A stretch of 64,000 nt of DNA from Callorhinchus milii (lineage: Eukaryota): contig NW_024704743.1 in the NCBI RefSeq assembly GCF_018977255.1, positions 73,162,001-73,226,000 on the forward strand, given 5' to 3'. Below the pieces are notes generated by a model. The model was not told the origin of the DNA, ran no database searches, and saw nothing but the letters and a program-made list of their open reading frames with translations. Below, piece after piece: positions 1-12,885 of the stretch (position 1 is its first letter; every line of letters begins with the position of its first letter). The position numbers were made by a program, and so were the translations under genes.

Positions 1-340
1 GGGACATGCAGGAGGCCGGAGCCAGCTGAGCAGACGCGGTGGGTAGCGGTGTGGTGGTGTAAGCAGGTCAGAGAAGTAGGGAGGTGCCCAGGAGATTAAA
101 TGATTTGTAAACCATTGTGAGGATCTTGAATCGATCTGTTCTGTAATAGGGAGCCAGTGGAGTCTGGCGAGGACTGGGGTATGGGGGTACAGAGTTTGGT
201 GGGGGTGAGGATATGGGTGACAGAGTTTTGAATTTGTGAGATTTTTGTGAATGGTGGAGCTGGGGAGACCAGAGAGGTGAAGGCTGGAGGTGCTGAATGC
301 GTGGATAAGGGTTTCTGCTGTATTGCAGGTGAGGTACACA
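1..340 (-). mobile_element. Old L2-clade LINE ORF2 3' fragment
   Basis: Reverse complement resembles the 'ISQIQNS..HI.P..L..LH' region (gagccagtggagtctggcgagg) seen in the better preserved L2 copies in this window. Confidence 0.7.
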
Positions 341-1084
341 ATACTGATAGTCACAAGAGTGCTACCAACTGAGCCAAGCTGATATGTACATCAGTGTAAT
401 CTGGACCAAATGCCATTGGAGCATTGTGTTTTACTTAAATCATGAACAGTAGCATTACTTTAACCAAAGCTTAAATGCATCAAAGGTAGATCAATTGGAA
501 TAGTCCATTCCAATAGTCCATACATTTATTTAACTAAATTAAACTGGACTGTAACCAAAATGGATTTATAGCACATTTTTGTTTGGCCTCTTATGATTGT
601 CAGCAAATTGAGGACAAGAGGGCTTGAATTCAAAATCGTGACTAGGGAAAAGGAGTAAAAGGTGAAGTTTTGGGAGAACTTAAGAGGGTTATAAGAATAT
701 GGAATGATTTGCAAGGAAGGCTGTTAACTAATAATATAATAATAATCCTTGCATTTGATATGGTGCCTTATCACGCTTTGAGATGTCTCGAAGATGTGAT
801 AAGGCACTATATCAAATGCAAGGATTATTATTGTTTAATAAATCTATGGTTCTAAATAATTAAAGATTTGTAAATGAATGAGCTCTGTTTGTTACAATTA
901 TATCTGTAAACAACTCTCTTTACCTGTTTCAGTGGCCATTCTCTACCTAACTATCTCTTTTTCGGGAGCTGCGCAATTGATAGCAGTATTACTTCTGACT
1001 GACTATCTTTCCTGCCCACCTATGCAATTACTGTAGATAATATTGTCTTAAATGCTGCGGTACCATTATGATACTACCACACTT

Positions 1085-1112
1085 GTGTGTGTGTGTGTGT
1101 GTGTATGTGTGT
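1085..1112. repeat. (TG)n microsatellite
   Basis: Run of tgtgtgtgtgtgtgtgtgtgtatgtgtgt seen directly. Confidence 0.9.
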
Positions 1113-2684
1113 CAGTGTGAGAGAGTGAGACAAGCTTGATTCACAAAGAAACTCCAAAGCTGTTACTAGCCAACAGTAAAGCTATTATACAAGAACAACA
1201 ATTTACATTTATATAGTGCTTTACACATTGGGAGGACTTCTCAAAGTGCTTTATACAGCTGACTGGGAGCCTGAGCTGGCTGTGGGGGAGCTGTGGAAGG
1301 TGGGGTTGGGTGTAAGTGGGTGAAAGAATCGTCAAAAAGAAAGGTCTTTTGGAACGCCTTAATGCTGGGAAGGCAAAGGGCAAGTCAGAAGGTCTTTCGG
1401 ATAGAGTTCCAGAGACCAGTGGCAGAAGGGGCAGCCCTACCAATCACCCCATCATTGGTGGGACTGATTAGGTTGGAGACATGAAGTAGAAATGAGTAGA
1501 AACTGAGTAGAACACTGCTGATAGCAATTGTAATACTGTAGTGCAATAATATCTTTCATGTTCACTTCTTTACACATGATTGAAAACATTGTTTCTCTTT
1601 GTTCCAACTTGCACACATATGGAAGTCATCTATCCAATGTGCGATATTTAAATTTTTACTGGTATTTACAGTGTTCCGAGATGTTATTCTACATGAAGAG
1701 CACTATATAAATGCATGTTATTGTCGTTGATATTCACAACAATTTATTATGTTAAGTACAACTTTGTGTGAAGAAAAATTGGTCAGATGGGTGTCTAACT
1801 CCTGCAGAAACCTATCACCATGCTCAAGAGAATCCTAAGCAAACTGAGAGTTCCACATATGTGAGCCACCTATGCATGGTGATTTCCCTTTGACTGGAAG
1901 GGAATGTGCACTTATTTTAGAGTTATGCTGGTTATGCTATAATTTTCTTAAGGGGCTCTTCAACCCCATTGCCAACCAAAATTCTGTGGTTCTTCAAGGT
2001 ACAGCAGGAGGGAAGAAATGGGTGATTTTGTAAATATCGTAAAAATGCTGCAGTGGTACAAACTGTTCAATAAGCAACCCAGTGAACAATTAGTAATACA
2101 AATGAATATTTTTTATTATATATATGAATCTCTCTGGATATATTCAGTTTTGGCAAATGTCTTTTGTTTGACATTTAGACTTCTACCCATTTTTGTAACT
2201 CGAGTTGCAATTAACAGAGTGCTTTACATAATTTACATTACAATTTCATAACTTAGAGCAAAAAAATTTATTACAATGTGGTTATTTTTTATCTGTATGG
2301 CAGCACCTTGAATATGGTGACATGGTGACAATTGTAACAGTACTTTATTATAGCATTATTGAGAAAAAGTAATTATCAGAAATAGAAAAGCTCATGGACG
2401 GATTGAAAGGCTGTAATTTGTTTTTGAAAGTGGCCGGCAAGGCAGGAAAAACCCATCGTTATCAACCAACCCTATCCACAAATATACACACAAAGGACAA
2501 TCCTTTTCACATTAAGACTAACATAGGAAATAGTTTCTCGGCATGTAAATGATGTTCATTTGAGAATAATCCCCATTAATACTTCCCACTAAGAACAAGA
2601 GCTCCTCTCTCACCAAGCCTATTCAACTCTTTTCCCATTATGTCTGAAAATTGGCTTTCGATTACCTGCATTTCTGAGACTCAC

Positions 2685-2892
2685 GGGGCCCAAAATTCTC
2701 AATTCTCTTAATATGTAAGATTTATGAGGAATTTGGTAAAATAATCTCAAATTCAGCCTTAATTTAGAAGCTGATTTTCCGCGTACCTAAAAAGAAATAC
2801 AGAAAATAGGCTTTCAAATTAAGACCGACCTTAAAACTGTTCTCCAAAATTCTTCTCAATATTAAAGGTTTAAGGATAAAAATATGAGGGTT
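2685..2892. mobile_element. Degenerate palindromic (fold-back) MITE-like element
   Basis: cagccttaatttagaagctgattttc (about 2755-2780) is an imperfect inverted repeat of gaaaataggctttcaaattaagaccg (about 2802-2827); weaker symmetry extends outward. Confidence 0.4.
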
Positions 2893-4604
2893 CTTCAGCC
2901 CCTCATTTCCATTCTTATGTACCTTTAAGACTGCGCAGTCCTTTATGTTTTCATGAAACCTCAATTGGAAATGTTCAACCTCTCCTAGTCTATATTCTAT
3001 TTGCTTCCCCCTTTGACTGCGAGGGCTTGATGAATGTTTTCAGCCTGACCTCTCCAAATCTTAGAGGTGAATGCTAAGCTACTTCTAGCCCTTTTGATTT
3101 TAAAGTAAAATTGCTAACTACTTTAAAGTTCAAATTGAGGCATATTTTACTCAATTTTGGTCATATAATGGCCTTGGCCTTATTGATCAATCATACCTGG
3201 TAATGAGATATCATAGCACAACTCAACACTTCCTTATCATTACAAAATATGAGCTCACAGTCTACTGAGCTGTCATTAACACTTTGTATTGTGCCCTTTA
3301 AAATGTATAACATTAGTCTACAAAATCCACAATTACTACACTTTACTGTATATCCTGTGAAGTGCTTTAAGATGTCCTTATGATGTGAAAGTCATCATAT
3401 CTCATGTAAGGATTATTATTTACTAGTATTAATAATAATGTGTAAACTTAAAAATCCCTCATTACCCATAGCAATTTTTATTTGGTCAGTGGGGTGCCTG
3501 ACACGTGTGGAAACCCATCAACATGCTTAACAGTATCTAAACCAATCTGATGATATAGCGCCTAATGAGCCATCTCAAAGTGCTTGACAAAATATACTGT
3601 AAGGTAAATTGACTGTATATTTTGTGGGTGAAATAAATGGATGGCGTTCCAGAGAGCAGGGGCAGAATGGCTGAAGGCACGGCAGCCGAAAGTGGGGTAT
3701 AGTGGGTGGGGGAACTTGAAGCAGTTGTAATTCATACATTAGGGTTAGACACCCTACAGTTTTGTTTTTACTTTTAAGCCATCGTCAGACTGGGTTTGCA
3801 ATCACTTGATTGAACAGGGAATTGTATTAATATAGCTTTCTTTATTGCCTGAGTTTTGTTGCTCAGGAATATGCCTGCAGACGGTGCATTATTAATGAAA
3901 ACCTATCCATTATGGAGCTGTATACATTTCAGCCAGTGGGGAGCTGCTGCTGGATCAATTAGGAGAATATTGTTATTTACTACGGAAACAAAATCAATCT
4001 TTGATCTGACTTGTTCAAATTGAGAATGATTTTCAGAGCATCTGCTTATATTATTTAAAGAAGATAATAAATAGGTAAGCTGCTAAGCTACACGGCTGTC
4101 ATTTATTCACGTGGGTTCTGGTGATGTTATAAATGGTAAGTGCTTAGTTCTAGTGCTTTATAAATGTCAGCAGAATCCCTGAATTATACTACAGTTTAAT
4201 ACCCACTGACCATGATCTTTAATTGCCTCTAATGTATACAAGCTGTGATATCTGGTTGTAGTGTGAAAGAATCCCAGCATCAGCGTTCTTCAAATTATAT
4301 GGTACAACACCACTTCATTTCTGTTCAGGTTTTGTGGTTTGATCATAGGCATTGTCATTGTTATTTCAAATGATACCTTTATTAGCAACCCTCAGGGGTT
4401 GCTAATAAAGCAAAATAATCTCCAAAATGAAATTGGCCATTCACTCCATGGCTGTTGTGGGATTTTGTTGTGGGTAAAGTGGCTTCCACTTTTGTCCACA
4501 AACTACACACGTTCATGGCACTTTATAGTCTATTCTGTGAAGCCCTTTGAGGTGTCTTGATGACATGATGAGGTACTATATCAAATCCAAAGATTGTTAT
4601 TAGT

Positions 4605-4975
4605 ATATCAAAACTCCTGAAATGGTAAATCAAAGCCGGTATGTTTGTGCATTATAATATATCTTGGAATCAGGCAGTTCTCGAGGCCTGAGTTCAATGT
4701 GGGCTGAGTGGCCAAGTCTGAAGAGAAGCAGTTTGAGGATCCATGCCCTAAGGATTTGGTGCCCTTCACATATACAGTTACGTTGAGTGATATGGCATAG
4801 AAATTCGACCATCCTGGCGTGCGGTGGACTTGTTGCAATTTGTTTTTGTGAGTTTAGTTGTGGTTAACGATGGTTGTCTCACCTGTATTACCTGGCTGGT
4901 GTTGTTTTCTACGTCTGTGCCATCCATGCGCAAATTCCAGTATGGTATATCACACAAGAAAGGTTTGAATGAAGG
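4605..4975 (-). mobile_element. RTE-like LINE 3' fragment (degenerate ORF end plus 3' UTR)
   Basis: Minus strand gives, across frameshifts, CDIPYW... and TNCNKS..AR(I)GRIS(H), resembling the RTE C-terminal C..C....ARIGL.SH motif. The terminal 100 bp recur at 8820-8918. Confidence 0.45.
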
Positions 4976-4989
4976 ACCTTCTTGATAGG

Positions 4990-5300
4990 CATTGTTATTT
5001 CTACCGATGGAAGATCGTAGGGTGGCTTCTGGAGCACCCACCCCTCCATCTTCTGTCACGGTATCAAACTGTTTTATAAATGAGTCCACTGTCCTGGCCT
5101 CAAACCACCCTTCCTGGTAACCTGTTCCAATCGTTAATTATCCTCTGGGTAAAAAATAATACTTCTTGATGTCTGTCCTAAAATTTGCCGTTTACAACTC
5201 TTAACCTGCAACCTCTTTTTCTGCAGTCTCGCTGCATCCAAAAGTATTGTTCTGGATTTACTTTCTCAATCCCATTTAAAATACCATCTGATACATCTCC
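4990..5300 (-). mobile_element. CR1-clade LINE 3' end, interrupted at about 5303 and resuming at 6307-6500
   Basis: Minus strand encodes RIINDWNRLP..V..A.TVDSFIKQFD, typical of the CR1 ORF2 C-terminus; the upstream part (ggtgaccagaactgtatacagtactc) lies at 6307-6500. Confidence 0.75.
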
Positions 5301-5303
5301 TAT

Positions 5304-5938
5304 TGAAACTGGTCCACGCCTTTATCACCTCAAGGCTGGATTATGGGAACTCTCTCCTCGCCGGCCTTCCCGGCACCTCCCTCCACAAGCTGCAGGTCAT
5401 TCAGAACTCTGCAGCTCGTGTACTGTCCCGCACCAGGCTTCGCGACCACATCACTCCCACCCTCGCTCGCCTCCACTGGCTCCCCATCCCCCAGAGGATC
5501 GATTTCAAGATCCTCATCCTCACCTACAAGGCCATTCAAGGCCTTGCTCCCTCCTACCTCTCCGACCTACTATCCCCCTACCTACCTGCCCGTACCCTCC
5601 ATTCCTCTGGCTCCGGTCTGCTCAACATCCCCCGCCCCAACCGCCCTACCATCGGTGGCCGGGCCTTCAGTCCCTAGGCTCTGGAACTCTATCCCCCAGT
5701 GCCTTTGCCTCGCCTCCTCCCTTTGCTCCTTCAAGGCTGGTCTCAAGACCTTTCTCTTTGACCGTGCCTTCAGCTCCCCTTTCGACTCTCTACCCCCTCC
5801 TCACTCCCTCCCTTCCCTCCCCTCACCCTGACCATTTCCCCCTTGCTCGGGTCCTGACCCAACTGTACAGCGCCTTGAGATGTCCTCCCGACGTGAAAGG
5901 CGCTCTCTAAATGGAATCTTGTTGTTGTTGTTGTTGTG
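5304..5938 (+). mobile_element. Young L2 LINE, 5'-truncated, with (TTG)n tail
   Basis: [48 protein letters not shown]; 3' end gacgtgaaaggcgctctctaaatggaatcttgttgttgttg. Nearly identical to 9727-10402 and the 3' half of 26180-27283. Confidence 0.93.
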
Positions 5939-8819
5939 TATAGGTAGGCAAATGTGGCAACCAACTTGTGCACAGCAATGACCCACAGACAGCCATGATT
6001 ATGAATGACCAACATTGTTGACCAGGAGAAACTCCCATCTCTTTTCAAATAGTGCCATGGATCTTTAACAACTATCTGAAGCAATAGTGAAGCAGTTGCT
6101 TTGCTGATTTCTATTCTTTGCAGTGAGGTTACTTGCAAGCTTATTGGAATCCAGGTATCCATTCAGTGAACCGATCCCACTGGATCCTTAGAGTTTAAAT
6201 ATTCTACCATTTTCAGGTTTTGCATTTATGGAGGGCAAGGGTATTTATTGAGACGTCCTCCCGACGTGAAAGGTGCTCTATAAATGGAATCTTGTTGTTG
6301 TTGTTGAAGAACCCCAGCTTATCTAATCATTTCTCATAGCTCATTCCTCTAACACTGGAGATTGTTTGTTGCTCATCCTCTGCATTGCCTTTAGAACCTG
6401 GACAGCCCCCTTTTGTTGTGGTGACCAGAACTGTATACAGTACTCTATGACTAACACATTTTTGGCATGTAACACATCTTTGCAGTTAAGCAGGTCTTGT
6501 AACTGCTTTGAACTTGTCATGTTTTATGATGTGATCTTAACCTCTTGATGTATTGCTGCCTCAAACACTCTATAGACTATGTGTTATCCTATGTTCAAGA
6601 CAGTTCTTAAGCTTCAATCCATTTCTCTTAGCTGTTGAACCAAGTCCATAACAGCAGGAGAACAGGATTACAGTTGATAGCTCCAGTGAGGAGGGGTGGT
6701 GGCTGTAAGCATGAGCACAGACACAATAGGCCAAATGACCTTTTTCACTGTAAACCCTTTATGATTCTATGATTTTATATCATCATCTATTCTCTATTTA
6801 AATTAATTTACTTAAATAAGAATAGTGAGATAGGAATTGAAAGAACAGTATTTTTTGGATAACTACTTCACCATTGTGAGCCAGGACAGTGTGAGTTTCT
6901 TCCAGTGCCTTGACTAACAATCTCCCAGATAAACTTAGTCATTCCCTTCACAGCTGTTTGTTGCTGTGTACAAATTGTTTGCCGCATTCGCCAACAAAAC
7001 ACGTACTCCCTACACTTTTGTCATGGTATTCTTATCTCTTTTTTATGTGTGGATTATACGCTCCTTTGAAAGTCACGATCCTTCACTTCTCATTTTTTCT
7101 AAGATACAATCCCAGTCAGAGCAATCTCACAAACTACCCACAACACTTTTGCTCCCTAAAATTATTCTCATTTATTCCGAAAAGTACCAATAAACAATAA
7201 TTTCTCCAAATGCAGCACAGCGACACACAAAAAAATAGCACATAGGCAATACTTTAAAAAGATTTTTTAACAGTATTGAGTTTAACCAAATTTTAATAAA
7301 TCTTGCAAACTTACACTCTAACAACTTTTGAGCCTCAATACATCAAGACCTCTTGGGAAACACAGAAGAGATAATTTACCAATATTTACCTCTTCTGGGA
7401 AGGTTTCAGAATCTTATTGGTGTTAGTTGGTGTTAATCATTTTAGTTGTGTTAGATCCATCTCCGACCCTCACTCACTTCCCCAATTTAGCTCAAACCCC
7501 CTCCTTTATACCCCAGTTTAGTCCATATGACTGGTTCATCCAATCATTCCTTCACACCCCTTGGGACACCTGGTACCAAGTGCCAAAAGTTCATCAGGAC
7601 ACTTAATCTTCCATTTCTTGACACTTTGAAGACATATAATCACTTAGCTTATGGTTTCTGAGATATTGAGGCATCCATTTATTGCAACCGTCACGCCTCA
7701 TTTACGCTTGTCGAACACACTGCCCATTTGCCCAATGCTGGTATATTGATAGAGCCCAATAATTCCCGAACATGACAAACTCCAAGAAGAGCATCTATAC
7801 CTCAGATGACAGTATCTGGAGCCTATCATTGTGAACCCTGATTCACCTTATGATCAGTAGTGTTTTTTATTTCAAGTTTGCTTTACAACCTTTTAACTTT
7901 AATTCTTGGTTTAACCCTTATCCTCCACTTTCTACACTAACTCCCATCTTACACCACCTCACACTTTACAGTGAATCCTGTGAAACAAATGGCGCTAGAA
8001 TTATTGCAATAATTATTATTTAATGTTTGAAATGCCTTGATAAACTTCCTTCTTTAACTGTCTTGCATGTAGGTGTTAAAGCTCACATTTCTCCAATCTT
8101 TCTGCTTAACTCACCCCTTTCCACTTGGGTTTGGTCTGATTGCAAATTCATCATATTGCAGAAGTGGTGGCCTGTTTTACATATTCCATCCATTAAAAAC
8201 CATTAAGGTCAGCATTGTGATTATGGTGTTGTCTAGCAATGACCATTGTTATAAAATGAGAGAGACTTGTTATAAAATTGCAAATAAAAGATGAATAGTA
8301 ATCCTTGATGCTAACAAAATGGTGCAGCCCAAATATGTTGTGCCCTGCTCACTAACTTAATTGTGTGATGTGATGAAAGTGGATAGTAAAGGCAGGAGCT
8401 TAGTTTGAGACAGGAACTGTCTAGCCAATGTGATAATGTTGTCACTTCAAATATTTGTAAAAAGGAAGGGAGATCATTGTGGAAACAATCTATCAGTCAT
8501 CATTATTTCAAAAGGGAGTCACTTCATGGCTGTTTGTAGGACAATGCTGCATGCAAATTGGCTGCAGCTATTGCCTACAAAATACGGAGTCACTGCTCTT
8601 TAATAATCAGCACAAGATCTCGTGGAAAACATCACTTCCTAATATTATTATTATTTTATTTTCACATTGGTTCCATCCTGGATATTAATCAGTGAGGGAA
8701 ATTTTAACAATAGCAATTTTTGAAGATAAAACTGAATTAATTGTATTTCCAGTGCATCACCCTTGTCAATCCAAGGGATTACAGCCATTAATCAAATGCC
8801 AAGATTGTTATTGTTATTA

Positions 8820-8918
8820 TTATATTAAAACTCCTGAAATGGTAAATCAAAGTTGGTAAGTTTGCGCATTCTAATATATCTTCGTGTCAGGCAGCTCTCG
8901 AGGCCGGAGTTCAATGTG
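8820..8918 (-). mobile_element. Short 3'-terminal copy of the element at 4605-4975
   Basis: aaaactcctgaaatggtaaatcaaag...tcaggcagctctcgaggccggagttcaatgtg aligns by eye with 4610-4700. Confidence 0.7.
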
Positions 8919-9726
8919 CTCTTTGTAAATGTACAATGTAATGAAGTCAATCAATACCCTATGCTTGTGTAAAATTAGACACCATTCTTTTAGGCTCTGC
9001 ACACTACATTGTATCCTTGCTCTTCCTTTTCAAATCTCTCTCTCCTTTGTTGTAAAATATAACTAAAGCTGTCACAAACCTAACATAGCTCAGGGTCTAA
9101 TTGAAGCTGGCTGGTATTTTAACATGTATGTATGCTCTATGCTTGCTTGCAATTTTATTGATTACTGGTATACTCACCTAGTGATATTGTTGTTCAGTTT
9201 GCATTATGGTCAACAACAACAGCAACAACAATGTGCATTTATATACCGCCTTTCACACTGGGTAGTGTATCGGCACACCGGGACACTGGGAGAACCTTCT
9301 TTCTGTTTTCAAATAGTTCCATAGGATCTTTAACATCCACCTGAACAGGCAAACAGGAGCTTGGTTTAACATCTCATCCAAAGGATGAGCACCTTTTGTC
9401 CAGAGCACCTTTTGTCTGTATTAATTTACCACATTGCTTAAAAATATTCTTCCAGCAAAATAATGTACCTGTAACTTGCAAACAGCATGATAATTGTAAT
9501 TCCAATATAATTATCTTGCTGATGCCAACACAATATGACTTCATTATCCATTAATTTCTCCTGCACATCAATTCCTTACAAATAGATGGAAGAATGTGGT
9601 TAAGAAAAGCATCATTAAGATGCTTTAAAGCATTATTGGAAATACATTGTTATTAACAAATTAGTTGATAATCCAATCTGTGGGTGTTAAATCCCTGAAG
9701 ACAGTGTCTTGGGGGTAACTAACTAT

Positions 9727-10402
9727 TGTCGCCAGACTACGGCACTACCTCACCCCTCACGCTGCTGAAACTCTGGTCCACGCCTTTATATACCTCAAGG
9801 CTGGACTATGGGAACTCTCTCCTCGCCGGCCTTCCCGGCACCTCCCTCCACAAGCTGCAGGTCATTCAGAACTCTGCAGCTCGTGTACTGTCCCGCACCA
9901 GACTACGCAACCACATCACTCCCACCCTCGCTCGCCTCCACTGGCTCCCCATCCCCCAGAAGATCGATTTCAATATCCTCATCCTCACCTACAAGGCCAT
10001 TCACGGCCTTGCACCCTCCTACCTCTCTGACCTACTATCCCCCTACTTACCTGCCTGTACCCTCCATTCCTCTGGCTCCGGTCTGCTCCACATCCCCCGC
10101 CCCAACCGCCCTACCATCGGTGGCCGGGCCTTCAGCCTCTCAGCCCCAGGCTCTGGAACTCTATCCCCAGTGCCTTCGCCGCCTCCTCCCTTTCCTCCTT
10201 CAAGGCCGGTCTCAAGACCTTTCTCTTTGACCGTGCCTTCAGCTCCCCTCTCGACTCTCTACCCTCTCCTCGCTCCCTCCCTTCCCTCCCCTCACCCTGA
10301 CCATTTCCCCCCAAGGCTCGGGTCCTGACCCAACTGTACAGCACCTTGGGACGTTCTCCCGATGTGAAAGGCGCTCTATAAATGGAATCTTGTTGTTGTT
10401 GT
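9727..10402 (+). mobile_element. Young L2 LINE, 5'-truncated, with (TTG)n tail
   Basis: [15 protein letters not shown]...LHWLP...[10 protein letters not shown] motifs and the L2 3' stem-loop tail. Confidence 0.93.
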
Positions 10403-11054
10403 ATAGTTATCATTCAAGTGGGAAGGGTGCAATTACTGCAACTTGATTTACCATTGGCATTAATTTAAGATGTTCAATTAGATGTTAGATGCCATTATTC
10501 AAATATAGTGCCGCAATGAACCCTTCATGTGAACAAATGAATGAAATAGCATACATTTCTGGCAGGAAAAGAGAAAAAGAAAAGTCCAGAAACAGACAGT
10601 TTCTACAAGTTAGTATTACTCAATCTTGTACTCAGTTTTGTAGACATCAAGCACCACATGCTTCAAGCACCCAATACAGTTCTTACCCATGGGCTGCAAA
10701 AGCAAAAAGTACATTAAATTATGGCTTTAACAATGAAAGAGTCTTGAAAAGGCAGTAAACCATCATGGCTGATCTATTCTAACTCAACCTACCCACCTTA
10801 TCCCCATATCCTTTAATCCCATTATCTACAAGAAAGCTATAAGATCCATACCCTTCAAGAGTCCAATGGCCATAGGACAAGTTTACAAAAATTCCCACTA
10901 TTCAAAATTTGCAAGTTTCACAAGAGAGTTAATCATCTACCCCAGAGTGACAAGTGTTTAGTAAGTTTAAAGCACATCTCATACCATAAAATTACCCAGT
11001 ATAGCAGAAGTACTATGTGAAGCTTTGTGTTCAATGTGACTTGAGCAACATGCC

Positions 11055-11200
11055 GATTGTAAACAAAACACAAAATACTACAGATGCTGGAAATCTGAAA
11101 CAAAAACAGAGTGAGCTGGGAAAACTCAACAGGTCAGACAGCATCTATGGAGAAAGGAAAGTGAGTCAACATTTCGAGTACACGATCCTTCGTCAGAACG
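11055..11200 (-). mobile_element. Penelope-type terminal repeat fragment with a degenerate minimal hammerhead motif
   Basis: Plus strand cagatgctggaaatctgaaacaaaaacag...aggtcagacagcatctatggagaaaggaaagtgagtcaacatttcgagtacacgatccttcgtcagaac; minus strand reads CTGACGA-N14-GAAATGTT. Homologous to 30899-31042 and 32955-33060. Confidence 0.6.
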
Positions 11201-11289
11201 CATACCAATTGTAAAATTTGACATGGAAGATAAAAAGGCATTTGCACAACAAAGATTTTTTTTTAGCACCTTCATACATCAAAAGATCT

Positions 11290-11570
11290 TTATAGTAATT
11301 ACTGTCATGTAAGTTGTTATTGTTATTGGCAAGGAGAAATTTCTATTTATTCAAATGCTGTAGGATCTTTACCATCCACCTGAGACCAAACAGAAAGAAA
11401 CTCAGTTTAATGTCTCTTCGGAAGGATGGCATCTCTGACAATGCAGTTCTGCTCTGTATTGCACCAGAGTGTCAGTCTAGATGATGAGCTCACGTCTTGA
11501 CATGGGCCTTGAACCCACAATCTTTACACCTAGAGGTGAGAGTGATACTAACTGAGCCGAGCAAAGCTAA
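11290..11570 (-). mobile_element. Deu-domain SINE (SacSINE1/AmnSINE-like)
   Basis: ggatctttaccatccacctgag...cagtttaatgtctc (Deu core, reverse) and a tRNA-like head ccttgaacccacaatc...actaactgagcc. Confidence 0.7.
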
Positions 11571-11699
11571 CAGTAGCCCTTAGCTATATTGAATCTGCAT
11601 TTGTAATGCACATATGTCCTCCTCTGCTGCCTGCACTGGAGCAATTCCCAAGTGGTGGCACTAACATTTAGATGTATCTCACAATATAGCCGCAGCTTT

Positions 11700-12085
11700 T
11701 GTATTTAAAAATCTTGGATGATGGGAGCAAGGATTCTTGTTACTCAGCTCCTATTGACCCTGCAAACCAAAGCTCTAATGCGTAGGATGGTCGTAGCTGA
11801 ACAAAGAGTGGGAGGCTTGCCGGACAGCTCTCTTAATGGCAAGCTGTTCAATTTTAACTGGTTAAATTCCAATATCACCCAATACACACTCTGTGCAGCA
11901 AATTCTTCTGTGCCTAATTCTGCACCAAATACAGAATTAAGAAACCAGGTGTCCTTCCAGGGAGAGAGTGAACATTTCGTTCCAAACAAAGGGAAATTTC
12001 CATGTGTTGGTGTCTGGTTTGGATACTCTTAAGGATGATAATGAGTTTCCACATTCGTCAGACATCTGGCCGACCAAAAACAAAT
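11700..12085 (+). mobile_element. Non-coding repeat ending in the same 3' tail as the CR1 at 45880-46940
   Basis: Tail ggtttggatactcttaaggatgataatgagtttccacattcgtcagacatctggccgaccaaaaa; body homologous to 51135-51510 in the opposite orientation. Confidence 0.65.
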
Positions 12086-12475
12086 CTTAAAAGCAATGAC
12101 GTCATATGTGTCATACATGTGCAGGATGGTTGGAACAGTTTTTTCCTGATCAGCAGTGATTGAAGTAACAGTAACTGGGGCAGATGCACCTTGGTATCAA
12201 GGTTATAGTCTATTTTGGAACAGATCAGAAACAGTACAATAAATTGAATACTAATTTATTTACAGCCAATTCTATCTCAAGACACAGTTTATGTTTACAA
12301 ACGGTTAAGTACTATAAGAACCCAATTTTGCTGCAAACGTAGTCTCAGGAATAACTCCTGTTATGGTTTCAAAGCTCACAGTCCTTTGACATGAGTTTTC
12401 GTACTCCGCAAGCCTGTTTACCTAGCAGTAAGTAGGAATTTGTTTGTTAGTAGATTGGTGGATTGCTTTTTGGGG

Positions 12476-12885
12476 TTAATAACAACAACAACACTGTGCA
12501 CTTATATAGGACCCTCCACGCGGGTACCGTCTCAGAGCCCTTAGCAGTGGCAGAGACTGACTCCAGGCTGGGGTGGAAGGTGGCTGTAAGCATGGACGAA
12601 GAGGAAGGTTTTCAGGCGGGACTTGCAAAGAGGAGAGAAGGGGCAAGGTGGAGGGATTGAGGGAGAATGTTCCAGAGCTTCGGGGTGTAGTTGCTGAAAG
12701 CGAAAGCTCCGATGGTGGGGTGGAGGATGCGAGGGACGAGCAGGAGGCCAGTGCCAGACGAACACAGGTGCCAGGTGGTGGATTGGGGAGTGAGGAGGTC
12801 AGAGAGTTAGGGAGATGCCAGAGAGTGAAGGGATTTGAACACGAGTGTGAGGATCTTGAAGTTGATCCATTCGGTGATGGGGAGC
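12476..12885 (-). mobile_element. L2 LINE 3' fragment
   Basis: (CAA)n tail at about 12480 and reverse-complement L2 ORF2 C-terminus. Confidence 0.85.

Noticed and set aside
7050..7700. Possible solo LTR on the minus strand (gggtataaaggag TATA-like motif near 7505)
   Set aside because: No clear TG...CA termini, target-site duplication or second copy in the window.
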